DNA from: Octopus vulgaris
Lineage: Eukaryota
DNA: 64,000 nt
Direction of reading: 5' to 3'
Assembly (NCBI GenBank): GCA_951406725.2
Contig: OX597819.1
Location: 48,856,001-48,920,000 of the forward strand
Shown here piece after piece: positions 50,293 to 63,235 of the stretch. The notes under the pieces are model-generated. The model was not told where the DNA came from. It saw only the letters and a program-made list of their open reading frames with translations, and did no database searches. Made by a program: the position numbers and the translations under genes. The stretch's first letter is position 1. Each line of letters starts with the position of its first letter.

Positions 50293-50358
<66 letters not shown>
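47215..50358. repeat. ~3-kb compound TA/TATG/TGCA microsatellite field with embedded LINE ends
   Basis: Read directly; interrupted at 47467-47718, 49086-49197 (RTE tail, plus) and 49831-49976 (RTE tail, minus). Confidence 0.95.
47467..47718 (+). mobile_element. 5'-truncated CR1-group LINE 3' end (ORF2 C-terminus, short 3' UTR, ATCAAAGT tail repeat)
   Basis: [48 protein letters not shown] is open to the stop at 47632; hairpin GGCC-AATAAT-GGCC; tandem 8-bp tail. Confidence 0.8.
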
Positions 50359-50361
<3 letters not shown>

Positions 50362-50769
50362 GTGCAAATGTACAAGAGTGAGAGATAGTTGAGGTGAATA
50401 GCGAAGAAGCTGTATTAGTTTGACATTCAGGAAAAATGGCAAGATGTTTTGTGCCTATTCTTTTCAACAGAAAGGAATGGAGTAAGAAAATTGGGAGAGC
50501 AAGAAATATGTCTGGTTTAATGGTTTCACATATATAAGGTGTGTGCATATGTGTATCTTTGATTTTATCTTCTCCCTTTGTTACTGCTTGACCACTGATT
50601 TTGATATTAAGTACCAGACTTTAAAACAGTAATCACTGGAGTTTATTTGTTCAGCTAATCCCTGGAAAGTGGTAACCCGACATGGCTGTAGTTGAATGAC
50701 TGTAACCAGTAAAAGGTAATAGAAAATGCATATATACAAACGCAAGGGAATGCAGGAGTGGGAGGGAGG

Positions 50770-51345
50770 GCATTCACCAAGTAGACCCCCAAAAGAGACC
50801 AGCTATTGAAGTTAACAGCTGTTTGGTCACAAGTGCAATTATAGTTGCAGAAAAGACAGGTGGTCCTTCAGAGATATTTCCTGAGATGCTTAAAATATCT
50901 AGCAAAGTAGGTCACATGCTAATCACTTGCATATTCAATGAGGTAGTGTAGGAAGGTGTTGCACCTAATGATTGAAATAGCAGTATCATTGTCAACTACT
51001 TCAAGGGTTAGGGGGGGGATGCTCTTGAGAGAAGTAACTATAAAGGCATAAAAATCAATGAATCAAGTTATGATTAGGAAGAGAATTAGTCAAGACGACA
51101 TGCAATTCAGCTTTGTACCCGGAACTGATGCTTTCTTCCTGCAGGGGAAATGCTAATCTAGAAATAAACCTCTACACCTAGCACCTATTGACCTGGGGAA
51201 GGTCTTTGACAGAGTTTCTTGTTCTGCAGTCTGGTGGTCATTAATAAAACTAGGTGAAAATGAATGGTATGTGAATGTCATGCATGGTTAGAACTAGCAA
51301 GGACTTCAGCGATGGATATAGCATGCATGTAGTGGTTCATTGTCT
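50770..51345 (+). mobile_element. RTE LINE RT N-terminal remnant
   Basis: KTGGPSEIFPEMLK, PND*NSSIIVNYFKG, DALERSNYKGIK, MQFSFVPG, DLGKVFDRV. Confidence 0.85.
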
Positions 51346-52220
51346 CTTGTCCATTATACTATATATTCCTGTCGAGTTTCCATCTACTGATCTCTGTACT
51401 ACCTTATCACTCACCATCACTCCTATTCACTGTATCTCACCAGCTTCGTAAGGAGTATTGGTTCTGTCCATGTTTGATCCCCCCACTCATTCACCCACCC
51501 ATTAACTCTCTTTATCACTCTGCTTCACTTCCATCATGATGCTTGTTTAATGAGGGATATCGTCAGACCTGTACATATTCAGTAACTAATTATCCTTCTT
51601 CACTGCTGCCCATCATCCGTTCTCTGCCTCTCCACCTCTTATTACCCTTCATTGACACCCACCATGTTCTCTTATCATCACCCATCTCTGCTGCTGTCCA
51701 TCACTCACTCACTCTTACCATCATTTACCTTTGTTGCCATCCATCACTCTCTCTTTCTCTCTTGCATTATTCCCTCCTCTTCTATTCTTTGTTGACATTT
51801 GTGACACACAAACTATATATGTGTGTGTTTGTATCTGTGTGAAGTCACATGGCCTAGTTGCTATGGATGTTGCATTCACAGTCTTACAATTGTGGTTTCA
51901 ATTCTCAGACCAACTGTGCATTGTGTTGAGCAAAACACTTCATTTCGCGTTGCTCCAGTTTACTCACTTGTAAATGGGTAACCTTGTGACAGATGAGCTT
52001 CTCGATCAAGGGGAATGTTGGCTCGCTCACCTAGCCAGCAGGGTGGTAGCATTTGAAAGCAAAAATTATGCAAAGTGCATTGTGATCAACATTGTTAAAC
52101 AACATCTGATATTCTGGTGGATTCTGTGATATACACATAGTCTGATCAATAAGTATTTGAACTGTTGCCATATTAACGAAGGTAAAGCATGCAGAGTGAA
52201 GCCGCTTGGCACAGATTGAC

Positions 52221-52510
52221 CTTGTTCCTTCTTGAGCCATGCCTGGCTCATAAGGGCCAGTTTCCTGGTTTCCTTGGCGTATAGGTTCCCCACCTGGATG
52301 GGATGCTGGTCCGTCGCAGGTGAGCTGCAAGATGCAGGAGGAAAGAGTGAGAGAAAGAGTCAGCAGAAGTTCGTCATTACCTTTTGCCAGAGTCGCGTGG
52401 AGCTTAGGTGTTTCGCTCATAAACACACATATCACCCGGTCTGAGATTTGAACTCGCAATCCCTCGACCATGAGTCCACTGCTCTAACCACTAGGCTATG
52501 TGCCTCCACC
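52221..52510 (-). mobile_element. tRNA-derived SINE, family C (related older copy on the plus strand at ~51843-52140)
   Basis: Minus strand: A-box TAGCCTAGTGG, B-box GAGTTCAAATC, body CCTGCGACGGACCAGCATCCCATCCAGG. Confidence 0.8.
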
Positions 52511-52539
52511 AGAATGACCTTAAACTCTGCTGTGCATGC

Positions 52540-52850
52540 GCATTAAGTTTTAATGTTCTAGCTCACAACCACTGTTTACAGCGGTGTTTGAAAGTAACAT
52601 GCATAATGTGTAATTGTCGCATTGACCATTACAGAGAAAGTTGAGCAGAGAATCTGCATCAAATTTTGCCAAAAGTTTGGCAGTACCTACTCAGGCCTAC
52701 ACAAAGTTTTTAATAAGTTTTGATCATTCACGATACAAACAATGAGATCTTGTGTAACTGAAACCTGAGTGTTGTTTTGGTCAGCTGACAACAGTTTTGG
52801 CACTAACTTGGCAGACATGCATCTCTTACCCAAATTTCCAATTTTGTGGG
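52540..52850 (+). mobile_element. Mariner 5' remnant (transposase N-terminus)
   Basis: TEKVEQRICIKFCQKFG at ~52630-52685. Confidence 0.65.
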
Positions 52851-55412
52851 AAACTGTCTATTCATAAGGAAATATTACCTTGCATGGAAACAGTTGAAGG
52901 TTGCTGACAGGAAGGGCATCTAACTAGACAAATTCTGCCTTGATAAATTCTGTCCAACCCATACAGGCATGGAAAAGTAAACATTAAATTCATGATGGTG
53001 ATCCCCAGTACTCAACTGGTACTTATTTTATTGACCCTGAAAGGATGAAGGGCAAAGTTGACCTCTATGGAATGTGAAGACAAGCAAAATGCTGCTAAAC
53101 ATTTTGCCCAGCATGCTAATGATTCTGCCAGCTTGTCGTTTTGATAATTATAATAATACTGGTAGTAAGTATTGTTATGTCTGATTGACAGAATTAAATG
53201 TAACTGAGGATATATTAAGACATTCTCTTCCCCAACTCTTATAAATCTGAATTGTTGTTACGTCAGAAATCATTCATGGCAGCATATTGTATAAGCTAAG
53301 TTACATTTCTCACTAGAACTGCAATAAAATATGCATTTTAACCCTTTCAAATGCACTGCACATTGCAGAACTTCAATAGAATTCATGTATTTAATGGGAC
53401 AAACTGAAGCGAAAGCATTAAAGAAGGTTTTAAAAGTTTGATTCAAGCTATTTGAAACCCTTTGAAGGTTGTAACCTATTTTATGTAACTTTCTGTCTGC
53501 TAAAAGCAAACTTTGAACTTGAAAGGTTTAAATGTTAATAGCATTCACTATTTAACAAAAGGCTGCAATCAGCATTGAAAGATTTACAGGGAAAAGTTTT
53601 ATTAATGGTGCATTGATTTACTCATACAGAAGCAGATAATTAATTTCTCTCTTAAGATGTTTATGGTTTTGTACATTTTCTGCATTTGGTTTGGAAAGCA
53701 AAGATCAGCTTCCCATCAGTTCATTGTTGATTAAACATGCTAATACATTCATTAAACTAAAATATTGCTATTAAAATCACATGAGAACTTATGAGGTTTG
53801 TAATGGATGAGAGAAGAAATACAGAATGGAACTGAAGATGACTCTTGCATGCAAAGATTCTATCTTTGATGGAGATGTCACAAGTGAATTGCCAGACTTA
53901 CAAATCTAATCATTATTTCAACACTAATCCTAAGTCAAAGTCTATGGAGAAATAATAGCAGATTGGCCTGAGTAGCAAGAACAAATCCATATGATTAGCA
54001 GATCAGATACATGAAAGCCATAAGAGCAGGGGTGGCTGTGGAAGGAGACATGAAATGGTTGCAAAAAAATATGATTTGCAAATTACCAATTTCCTGTAAA
54101 AGACGGGACATAGTTGTTACATAAAGAGAATGCAATGTGAATATCATGAAATGAAGTAAAACCACCTTGAAATTAACTTAGGCATTTGAGTCTTTACATT
54201 TTGAGTTCAAATCCTGCTGAGGTCAATTTTGTCTTTCATTCTTTCAAGGGCAATAAAATAAAGTGCCTGTCAAGTACTAGGGGTGGGGGTGGGGGGTCAA
54301 TGGTATCAATTAACCCAACTCACCTTGAAATTATAGGCTTTGTGCCTAAATTAAAAGCAGTGGACGAAATGCCGCTAAGCATTCTGCCTGGTTTGCTAAC
54401 CCTTATAAACTAGTTGCTACTTACCTCAGTCTAATTAAATATTGAAAAGTGTTTATCAATCACTTCTGCATTTCTTATGATGACAGCACAATGGATGTTC
54501 AGAAGAGAAGGAATATTGGATGTTGTCATAAAGGTGTTAGCAGGAATCATTGTATAGTTCAGTTCTCTTTGTAATCACATGATTCTGGATTTAACTCCAT
54601 TGTACAGCAACACTTTGGAGAAGTATTTGCTGTCATTCAACTACAGCAGTAGTTGAATAATATTCTTAAGGCCACAATTTACTTACATGCGGCATCTTTA
54701 GAGCTTTATCACTAATTTAGTTCTTAACTAAATTGGAAACTATTAACATTTTTGAAGAGGACTGGTCCCTAGCTACATTTTGGCATTTAAAAAATTGAGA
54801 TTTGGTCCAGTAGAAGAAAGTTTACACCAAAATTTGTAGCACCATTATAGGAGAGTAATTAATGCCTCCAATCAAATTTAGGTCTAAATAACTTTTTTTA
54901 TTTCAAAAGCAAAATATATTTATCTTAGCTTCAGTGATAGAAGAAAACATAGTTTTGGTCCCATGCAACAAAAATTCATGTTAAAAAAGTTGTGAGATAA
55001 AATATCATGAAAAAAAAGTAAGGCAAAAAATTGGATTTACATATAGTTAACTTTTTTATTTCAAAAACAAACTATATTTTGATTAATTTTAAATGACAGA
55101 GCTCAATTCAAGGAATTTCATGGTATCAATCTCATGCAATGAAGTTTTAAAAGAAAAAAGTTGAGTGTTTGTTTCTCAAATTTGAGGGCGATAATATAGT
55201 TCTATACTTTTTTTATGAATATAGTTCTAAGGGGACTTTTAATGTATGTTACTGGTATCATTGAGGTAAGGGAAAAATTATCAACGACACCGCTAATTTG
55301 CAATTAGTTTAATTACATCATCTATATTAAAAATTAAAATATTGTTTCAAAATTTATTAATTGACACATTATTAATTAGCATAATAGCATAGCCTGGAAA
55401 AAATATGGATTA

Positions 55413-56233
55413 CATGAACAATGTGAGCAAGAGAAATAATATTCTTAAAATTATATACCTGGAAAAGTACAGGACAAGTTATTACATCTGGTAAAGTACA
55501 GAACAAGAAAACTTTTCCTTAAAATATTGCAGCTAAGGATAAAATTTGAATATTAAAAATTATTTGATTTTAATTTAAAAAGTAACATTATAATTAAGAA
55601 AAGGTACCATCAATTTGTTAAAATATTGCCACACTAGAATACTTAAAAAATGAGAGCTAGAAGGACCAATATAGCTAAAGTTTTATGCAAAGTAGAATAG
55701 TATATATGGTAGGCAAATTCATTATGTAAAAAATAGGCATTGGGTCAAAACTAAAAATGTGAAGACTTGGCAATAACTCAAGCAAATTTTACTGTGAATT
55801 TGTTGTTATAGGTAGATTTTACTGTAATATATAACTAACTTTTGTATTCTATTTATTGTACTAATTATGTACTACTATTATTTTTTAAAACCTATTTTCA
55901 AATTTCTAATTATTAATTAGTAATTGAAAAATGAATTTTTTTAAAGTGCAAAAAATATTTTGGACATATTTTCTTATTTTTAATAGAAGTATCATGTAAT
56001 AAATAGAAGTAATAACATTTTTAGTTTTAATAAAAGCTAATATTTTCTAAATCTAAATATTTTATTAGAAATTTTATCCTTAGCTGCAATATTTCAAGTA
56101 AAAAATTTTTTGTTCTCTACTTTACCAAATGTAATAACTTGTCCTGAACTTTTCTAAGTTTAATAACTTGTCCTCTACTTTTCCAGGTTTATAGTCTTAA
56201 GAATATTATTTCTCTTGCTTGCATTTTTCCATG
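55413..56233. mobile_element. Non-autonomous DNA transposon with ~140-170-bp imperfect TIRs and TA TSD (Tc1/mariner-like MITE)
   Basis: GCAAGAGAAATAATATTCTTAA...TGCAGCTAAGGATAAAATTT is mirrored at ~56063-56233; flanks TA|CATG ... CATG|TA. Confidence 0.75.
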
Positions 56234-56544
56234 TATAATAATCTTGGGCTGACCATCACCTTGTAAGTAGAATTTAGTGGACAGACACTATGCTAAATAA
56301 AAGCTGCTATATACTATATCTCTCAGTTCATGTAAAGTATATTTTTTACCTGAAAATATCTCTTGAAATCTTATCACTGAAAGTCCATGTTATAGAGTGA
56401 AGTTTACTCCTAACATTATAAATTCACATCTAACGCAGTACTATGGTAATGGTACTTATTAGTTTTGCAATGTATTGCTGGTAAGTAGTAACTAGTTTAT
56501 AATGGTTTTGTGGCACTGGTAACAGATCATTGTTTGGTTTATTG

Positions 56545-56975
56545 TGCATTGACAATGATGATACCTCACACAGTATTTGGTATGCATCCAACAAAGGTGC
56601 AAAGATGGTTACTACAAAAATGACTGAGTGATGTTCTGGTCTGTAGTGCAGATGGTCCAAAGCTCCAACCCTTATTAAACTTTAAATGAAAAACAAGGCT
56701 CAAGGAGCTAATTTCATACAGTTTTGTTGTTCACGTCCTTCACAAGAAGTGGATGAACAAAAATGGTATGAAACTGAGGCTGAAGAAAGTGTGCCTCTGG
56801 CCTCCAGGTGGTGTTGAAGAAACCAGCATAACTGGTTTAGGATCAATTCAAAGCCCACAAACCATGAGCAACTAAAAAAAAAAAAAAAATTCAAGCTATT
56901 AAAAGCTAAACAAGTAATGGTTTAACATTGCAGTTACAACTACTGGACATTTCAGTCAACATGCCATTCAAATAA
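56545..56975 (+). mobile_element. pogo/Tigger-type DDE transposase remnant
   Basis: CSADGPKLQP, KKWMNKNGMKL, DQFKAH and LQLLDISVNMPFK motifs across frameshifts. Confidence 0.8.
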
Positions 56976-57244
56976 TTGCTTGGAATGTAGTCACCTCAAC
57001 AAGACAGATAAAGCAATCTACTGTTGTGCAGTGTATATCAGTGGGTAAAAATCATTGTAACAGTTATGAGAGTGGAAAATATAGCAAAGTTATTAAATGA
57101 TGCAGAGTAAGTAATCTGATGGCTGGGACCAAAGTAGGATGTTTTATGAAGATAGTGATGACTCAGAAACAGCCAGCAGCAGTGATGACTGTGTGGATGA
57201 CAAAAGTGATTATGATCAATGTAGGAGTTAAACGATATGTTTAG

Positions 57245-57677
57245 CCCTTTAGCATTTAAATTGACCATATCTGGTTCAAATATCCAATGTGTTCTATGTT
57301 CAAATCAACCAGATCTAGCCTCTTACACCTACCCTGTAATGTTACTCTAAAAATGACTAATCACATCATCTAAACCTTAACCCTTTCGTTACTGTATTTA
57401 TAGTGAGATGCTCTGTGTTTCTTTCAATTACTTTAAATAAGACAAAGAATTTATTAAAATAACTTACTTATCGTTCAGCCAGTATTAGGAACATAAATTG
57501 TGACTAAGGTTTAGTGAAAGATTTTGATTCAAAACTTTTGAAAACAAGACATTTGTACTACAGAGCCAGAGCCGGTTTCAGCCGGGTTGGTAACGAAAGG
57601 GTTAAAGCCATGATTAATTCAAAACAATGTGAATAAATAAATATTACATTTGACAGAGTTTTCTGAGCACTAAAGGG
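57245..57677. mobile_element. piggyBac-like MITE containing a nested 221-bp piggyBac MITE (57381-57601)
   Basis: Outer TTAG|CCCTTTAG...CTAAAGGG|TTAA; inner TTAA|CCCTTTCGTTAC...GTAACGAAAGGG|TTAA. Confidence 0.88.
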
Positions 57678-57904
57678 TTAATACAGTAAACTAAACACAT
57701 GGCTTTGGTGAGCTGTGACACTCTTGAGAAACATTTCACTTTAACAATTAATCTTAAATTAGGAAGATGAGGAAATGCTTATATCGTTAGTTTTCTCTTT
57801 CACACACATACATAGTGACTTTCACACATTCTCTCTTGTTGAATATGTGTGTGTTTGTGTGTGTGTGGGTGTGTGTGTATATGCTCTTTTACTTAGTTAC
57901 GCAT

Positions 57905-58562
57905 TTCAGTCATTTGACTGCGGCCATGCTGGAGCACTGCCTTTAGTCAAACTAATCAACCCCGGACTTATTCTTTGTAAGCCTAATACTTATTTTATTG
58001 GTCTCTTTTGCCGAACCACTAAGTTTCGGGGACATAAACACATCAACAGTGGTTGTCAAGTGATGGTGGAGGGGACAAACACAGACACTGACACACACAC
58101 ACACATAAATATATGTCATCATCATCATCGTCATTTAATATCTGCTTTCCATGCAAGCATGGGTTTGACAATTTGACTGAGGATTGGCGAACCAGATGGC
58201 TGCGCCAGACCCCAATCTAATCTGGCAGAGTTTCTACAGCTGGATGCCCTACCTAACGCCAACCACTCTGAGAGTGTAGTGGGTGCTTTTACGTACCACC
58301 GGCATGAGGGCCAGTCAGGCGGTACTGGCGACGGCCACACTCAAATGGTGCTTTTTATGTGCCACCTGCACAGGAGCCAGTCCAGCAGCACTGGCAATGA
58401 CCTCACTCAAATGTTTTTTCACATGTCACTGGCACATATATACACACAATGGACTTCTACTATAGCCTCAGGCTATAATAGAAGACATTTGCCCAAGGTG
58501 CCATGCAGTGGGACTGAACCCATGTGGTTGGGAAGCAAGCTTCTTACCACACAGCCATGCCT
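57905..58562 (-). mobile_element. Family A SINE split by an RTE 3' tail (58117-58435)
   Basis: SINE 3' half at 57905-58105 and head at 58450-58562, with the RTE tail in the internal microsatellite. Confidence 0.8.
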
Positions 58563-58861
58563 GTATGCACCCCCCCACACATACAATCATATGTCCACCT
58601 TCCATGGTGACATGGGTTGGATGGTTTATGGCACCAGCAGCAGTGAGGTCACCATATAACTTACAAGACAAAACTCCTCAACCAAGAGGGAAGTGGCTTT
58701 GTTCTAGTTGATAAGAGGTTACAGTTATGATTGAACACTAGTCCAATGATTTAAACACGTAAAAGATGCCTTGTAATAGTTTAATCTCTCTCTCACACAC
58801 ACACACACACACCAGAGCAGAATCAAAGCACTTTAATTTAGATCACTAAATAAGACGTATT

Positions 58862-59262
58862 GGCGTAGGAGTGGCTGTGTGGTAAGTAGCTTGCTTATGA
58901 ACCACATGGTTCCGGGTTCAGTCCCACTGCATGGCACCTTGGGCAAGTGTCTTCTACTATAGCCTCAGGCCGACCAAAGCCTAGTGAGTGGATTTGGTAG
59001 ATAGAAACTGAAAGAAGCCTGTCGTATATATGTATAAATATATATATGTATGTATGTATGTGTTTGTGTGTATGTTTGTGTGTCTGTGTTTGTCCCCTCA
59101 ACATTGCTTGACGATCAATGCTGGTGTGTTTATGTCCCTGTAACTTAGCAGTTCGGCAAAAGAGACCGATAGAATAAGTATTAGGCTTACAAAGAATAAG
59201 TCCTGGGGTTATTTTGATACATGGCCACAGTCAAATGACTGAAACAAGTAAAAGAGTAAAGA
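58862..59262 (+). mobile_element. Full-length family A SINE
   Basis: Near-identical to 1947-2372; (AAAGAGTA) tail. Confidence 0.9.
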
Positions 59263-59369
59263 GTATCATAGAACTAGGCACAATCTCTGGCGCATTAGTA
59301 TCAAAAGTGTTAATGATTCTAAAATCTACTGCTCTAATCTAAAGTGCTGAAGATTTGCAGAATCATTAA

Positions 59370-60055
59370 CACTTTTGATACTAAAGTGCCAGAGACTGTG
59401 CCTAGTTCTATGATACATACGTCTTGTTTAGTGATCTAAATTAAAGACCTGCATCAAAATTTCATGTTAGTTCCAAACACCAGTTTAATAATTATTTCTA
59501 CTCTAAGCACAAGGCCTTGGAAATTTTGGGTGTTAAGCGAGGTAGTTGATTACATCAACCCCCCACCCTTCCCAGTGTGCAACTGGTACTTATCTCATTG
59601 ACCCCAAAAAGATGAAAGGCAAAGTTGACCTTGGCGGAGTTTGAACTCAGAATGTAGCGGCAAACGAAATACTGCTAAGCATTTTGCTTGGCGTGCTATC
59701 GATTCTGCCATCTCGCCACCTTTAAACCTTTTGTTACTGTATTTCTTTCGAAATGCTCTGTGTTTCTTTCAATTACTTCAAATATTACAAAGAATTTAGT
59801 AAAATAACTTGGTTATCATTAAGCTAGTTTTAGGAACATAAAATGTGAATATGGTTTGGTGGAAGATTTTAATTCAAAACTTATGGAGACAAGACATTTG
59901 TACTCAGAACCAGAGCCGGTTTCAGCCAGGTTGGTAACGAAAGGGTTAAACACCAGTTTAATAATGACAAAGTTTGTTTCTCTAAATTTTTCATTATTTT
60001 CAAAATTAATTCAAACAAAGGCTGTGTTATTCAACAGAGATATGGTGATGAAAGG
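59370..60055. mobile_element. piggyBac-like MITE containing a family B SINE (59493-59720, minus) and a second piggyBac MITE (59726-59945)
   Basis: TTAA-flanked termini; SINE TSD AAACACCAGTTTAATAAT at 59475-59492 and 59948-59965; inner MITE is the same family as 57381-57601. Confidence 0.82.
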
Positions 60056-60237
60056 GTTAAAAGGGTCAAACAACATGCCTTGCAGCATTTAGTTACAACC
60101 TCTTAAGTTCTGAGATCAACCCCCTTAACTTTGCCCCTCGTCCATCTAGGATTGATAAAATGAAATGCCAGTCAAGTACTGAGGTCAACTAACAGTTATG
60201 TAATGTATTCTAGACCTGAATGAAATTATGATAGATA

Positions 60238-60961
60238 GGTATGGCTGTATGATTGGAAGTTTGCTTCCCAGCCACATGGTGCTGGGTTCAGTCCCACTGC
60301 ATGGCACCTTGGATAAGTGCCTTCTACTATAACATCTGGATGACTAAAGCCTTGTGAATGGCTTTGGTAGATAGAAACTGAAAGAAGCCCGTTGTGTGTG
60401 TGTATATATATATATGTGTGTGTGTGTGTGTCTGTTTGTCCTCTGTCACCGCTTGACAACCAATGTTGATATGTTTACATCCCTGTAACTTAGTGGTTCA
60501 GCAATATAGCATGATAAAATAAATACTAGGCTTAGAATAAATCAGTACTGGGGTCAATTCATTTGACTAAAATTCTTCAAGGCAGTGCTCCATCTTGGCT
60601 ACTGTGTAATGACTGTAACAAGTAAAAAAAAAAAAAGGCGCAGGAGTGGCTGTGTGGTAAGTAGCTTGCTTATCAACCACATGGTTCCGGGTTCAGTCCC
60701 ACTGCGTGGCACCTTGGGCAAGTGTCTTCCACTATAGCCTCGGGCCAACCAAAGCCTTGTGAGTGGATTTGGTAGACGGAAACTGAAAGAAGCCTGTCGT
60801 ATATGTGTGTGTGTTTGTCCCTCCGACATCGCTTGACAAAGAGACCGATAGAGTAAGTACTAGGCTTACAAAGAATAAGTCCTGGAGTCGATTTGCTCGA
60901 CTAAAGGCGGTGTTCCAGCATGGCCACAGTCAAATGACTGAAACAAGTAAAAGAGTAAAAA
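60238..60961 (+). mobile_element. Two tandem family A SINEs; the younger (60637-60961) sits in the A-tail of the older
   Basis: Two consecutive heads and tails; the second has an internal deletion relative to the 1947 copy. Confidence 0.88.
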
Positions 60962-61967
60962 GTGTCCATAAAGGTGACAGTGGTAACAAGAGCCTTAATG
61001 TGTTCATTTGCCATCTCATCTTTATTGGTATTTACTTTTGATTGAAAGTAACCCATTTAAGAGGATTAAAAATCTCCGAGACACATTTAGCAATGATAAA
61101 TTCACAAAGCAGTTCACAATGTATTTTGGTTGTCTTTCATTCGTGATACATGTATGTCTTAACCAATGCTAGTCACAGTACATTATCAGATAGCTGAGTC
61201 ATCATAATAAGCAGCACTTGATTCATAGCTGACACTGCTTATACTGTATTTCTCTAGTTCTATTTTATAGCTAGCTTACAAGCCTCCTCCTGGTATATGT
61301 CTAGTCAGTCAGTAAAAGAGTTAAATACGAGCTGTTGACAAGCCAGCATGTGCTTGTGATGAAAGATAAAGCAATTGTTTTCTCTGAGCTGTTTCATTTT
61401 GGGCAACTGTTATTTTCCTTCACCACACACACACACTTCACCTTATTTTTCTCTCCACACGCATTTACATACGTGTAACGTGTGTGTGTGTGTTTCTTTC
61501 TTAATTCCAAGGTGAAGTTTATATTATCAGATCTTTTCCCCTCACTATTGTGTTTTCTCTTCCTCTCCCCTTCCCGTGCACACAGCCATATTCACGTGTG
61601 CAGCCAGTGGAAATCTGTTGCAAGTGAAAAATGAAGACTAGTATGTTTATATTATCATATGGAAAAATAAAAAAAAACTCCAAATAAACAAGAAAAGCAT
61701 TACACAATACGAACAAAAATCACAAAGCCGTAATGATATGTACAGTGTAAATACATATTACAATAATAGAAGAAGAAGATGAGAAAATAGAGAACAACTG
61801 TAAAGCCAACAGGGAGAAGAGTTTATATAAAATTAGTGTTAACTATAGGTAAAACAATATAAATATAGATTCTCACCTCTCTAGGTGTGTGTTTGGAAAA
61901 TACTTCAGATAATAGTTTTCTGTGGATAATGCTATAGCATTGTTAATAATTAAATAGTCAAAAGCAT

Positions 61968-62044
61968 TCTATCTATCTATCTGTCTGTCTGTCTATTTAT
62001 CTACCTACCTACCTACCTACCTACCTACCTATCTATTCATCTAT

Positions 62045-62135
<91 letters not shown>
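61968..62135. repeat. (TATC)n/(TACC)n tetranucleotide microsatellite
   Basis: Read directly from the sequence. Confidence 0.95.
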
Positions 62136-62136
<1 letters not shown>

Positions 62137-62195
62137 ATGTGTGTGTGTATCTGTGGATGCAAGTCCCATAAGTTATCATTTTGTCTAAGGGTTCA

Positions 62196-62249
<54 letters not shown>

Positions 62250-62506
62250 TTTATGTATGTATATGCATGTGTGGATATATATTTATGTTTCTGTTTTTTT
62301 CATTTATTCCCTTACTGGTTCCAGTCATTTGACTGTAGCATATTTGACCACATCCTTCAAAAGCATCCTATTGACCTTGAAAGAATAGAAGGTGAAGTTT
62401 CTAAGTAGCTTTTGAACTGGGAACTTAATAAAGCCATTTTGTTTCATATGGAAGTGATTTCACAATCCACTACCATATGCATGTGTATGTATATGTATCT
62501 ATATAT

Positions 62507-62860
62507 ATGAGGGGGTACCAAAAAGTAACTGGAAATGTTCTCCCTGGGACAAGCCCACTGTAATTCGGGCTTCTGCTGCTAGAAGCACACTTGATGCAAC
62601 CCTCAGGCATCAGTCTGCTGACTGGCATTGTCCAGTCAGGTCATACTGCCTTGTGGTGCATTCTTGTTTTGTAGTGCTTCTAGTGTGTTCATTGTTTTTG
62701 TGATGGCTGAAATGAAAAAACAAGTGTGCTTCTGTGAAATTCTGATTTCTGCTGGGGAAAACGGTAGCTGAAAGAGTTGCCATGCTTCAAACAGCTTACA
62801 AGGATTCTTCCATGAGTAAAACGCAGCTTTATGAGTGGTTTTCATGCTTTAGGAATGGTT
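62507..62860 (+). mobile_element. Mariner 5' end (TIR plus transposase N-terminus), truncated
   Basis: TATGAGGGGGTACCAAAAAGT terminus after a TA tract; FLLGKTVAERVAMLQTAYKD..MSKTQLYEWFSCFRNG. Confidence 0.8.
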
Positions 62861-62961
62861 TTCATGCTCTAAAGGAAGTAGATATATTTAGTGGAAGTGA
62901 AATGTAAGAAGACAGTCAAAGGTCAAATTTTATAGAATGGTAGAAATCACTAACAAGAACT

Positions 62962-63010
<49 letters not shown>

Positions 63011-63019
63011 ATTTCCATA

Positions 63020-63235
63020 ATCATCATCACCACTACCACCATCATTTAATGTTCATTTTCCATGCTGACAAGGACTGGTTGGCTTGACAGGTACTGGCAA
63101 GACCAGGGGCTGCACTAGATTCCATTGTCTGTTCTGACTTTGTTTGATGCCCTTTGTAATGCAATCTACTTTACAGAGTGTCCTGGGTGCTTTATCTGTG
63201 GCACCAGCACCAGTGCTTTTTATGTGGCATGCTCA
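63020..63235 (-). mobile_element. Degenerate RTE 3' tail
   Basis: (CAT)n start, TTTTCCATGCTG and GTGCTTTTTATGTGGCA motifs. Confidence 0.7.

Noticed and set aside
54666-55400. Possible TTAAGG-ended DNA element with internal direct repeats (54889, 55048)
   Set aside because: I could not identify a matching other terminus or TSD.
59341-59376. CTGAAGA between AAAGTG/CACTTT as a hammerhead
   Set aside because: Lacks the GAAA box and stem III.
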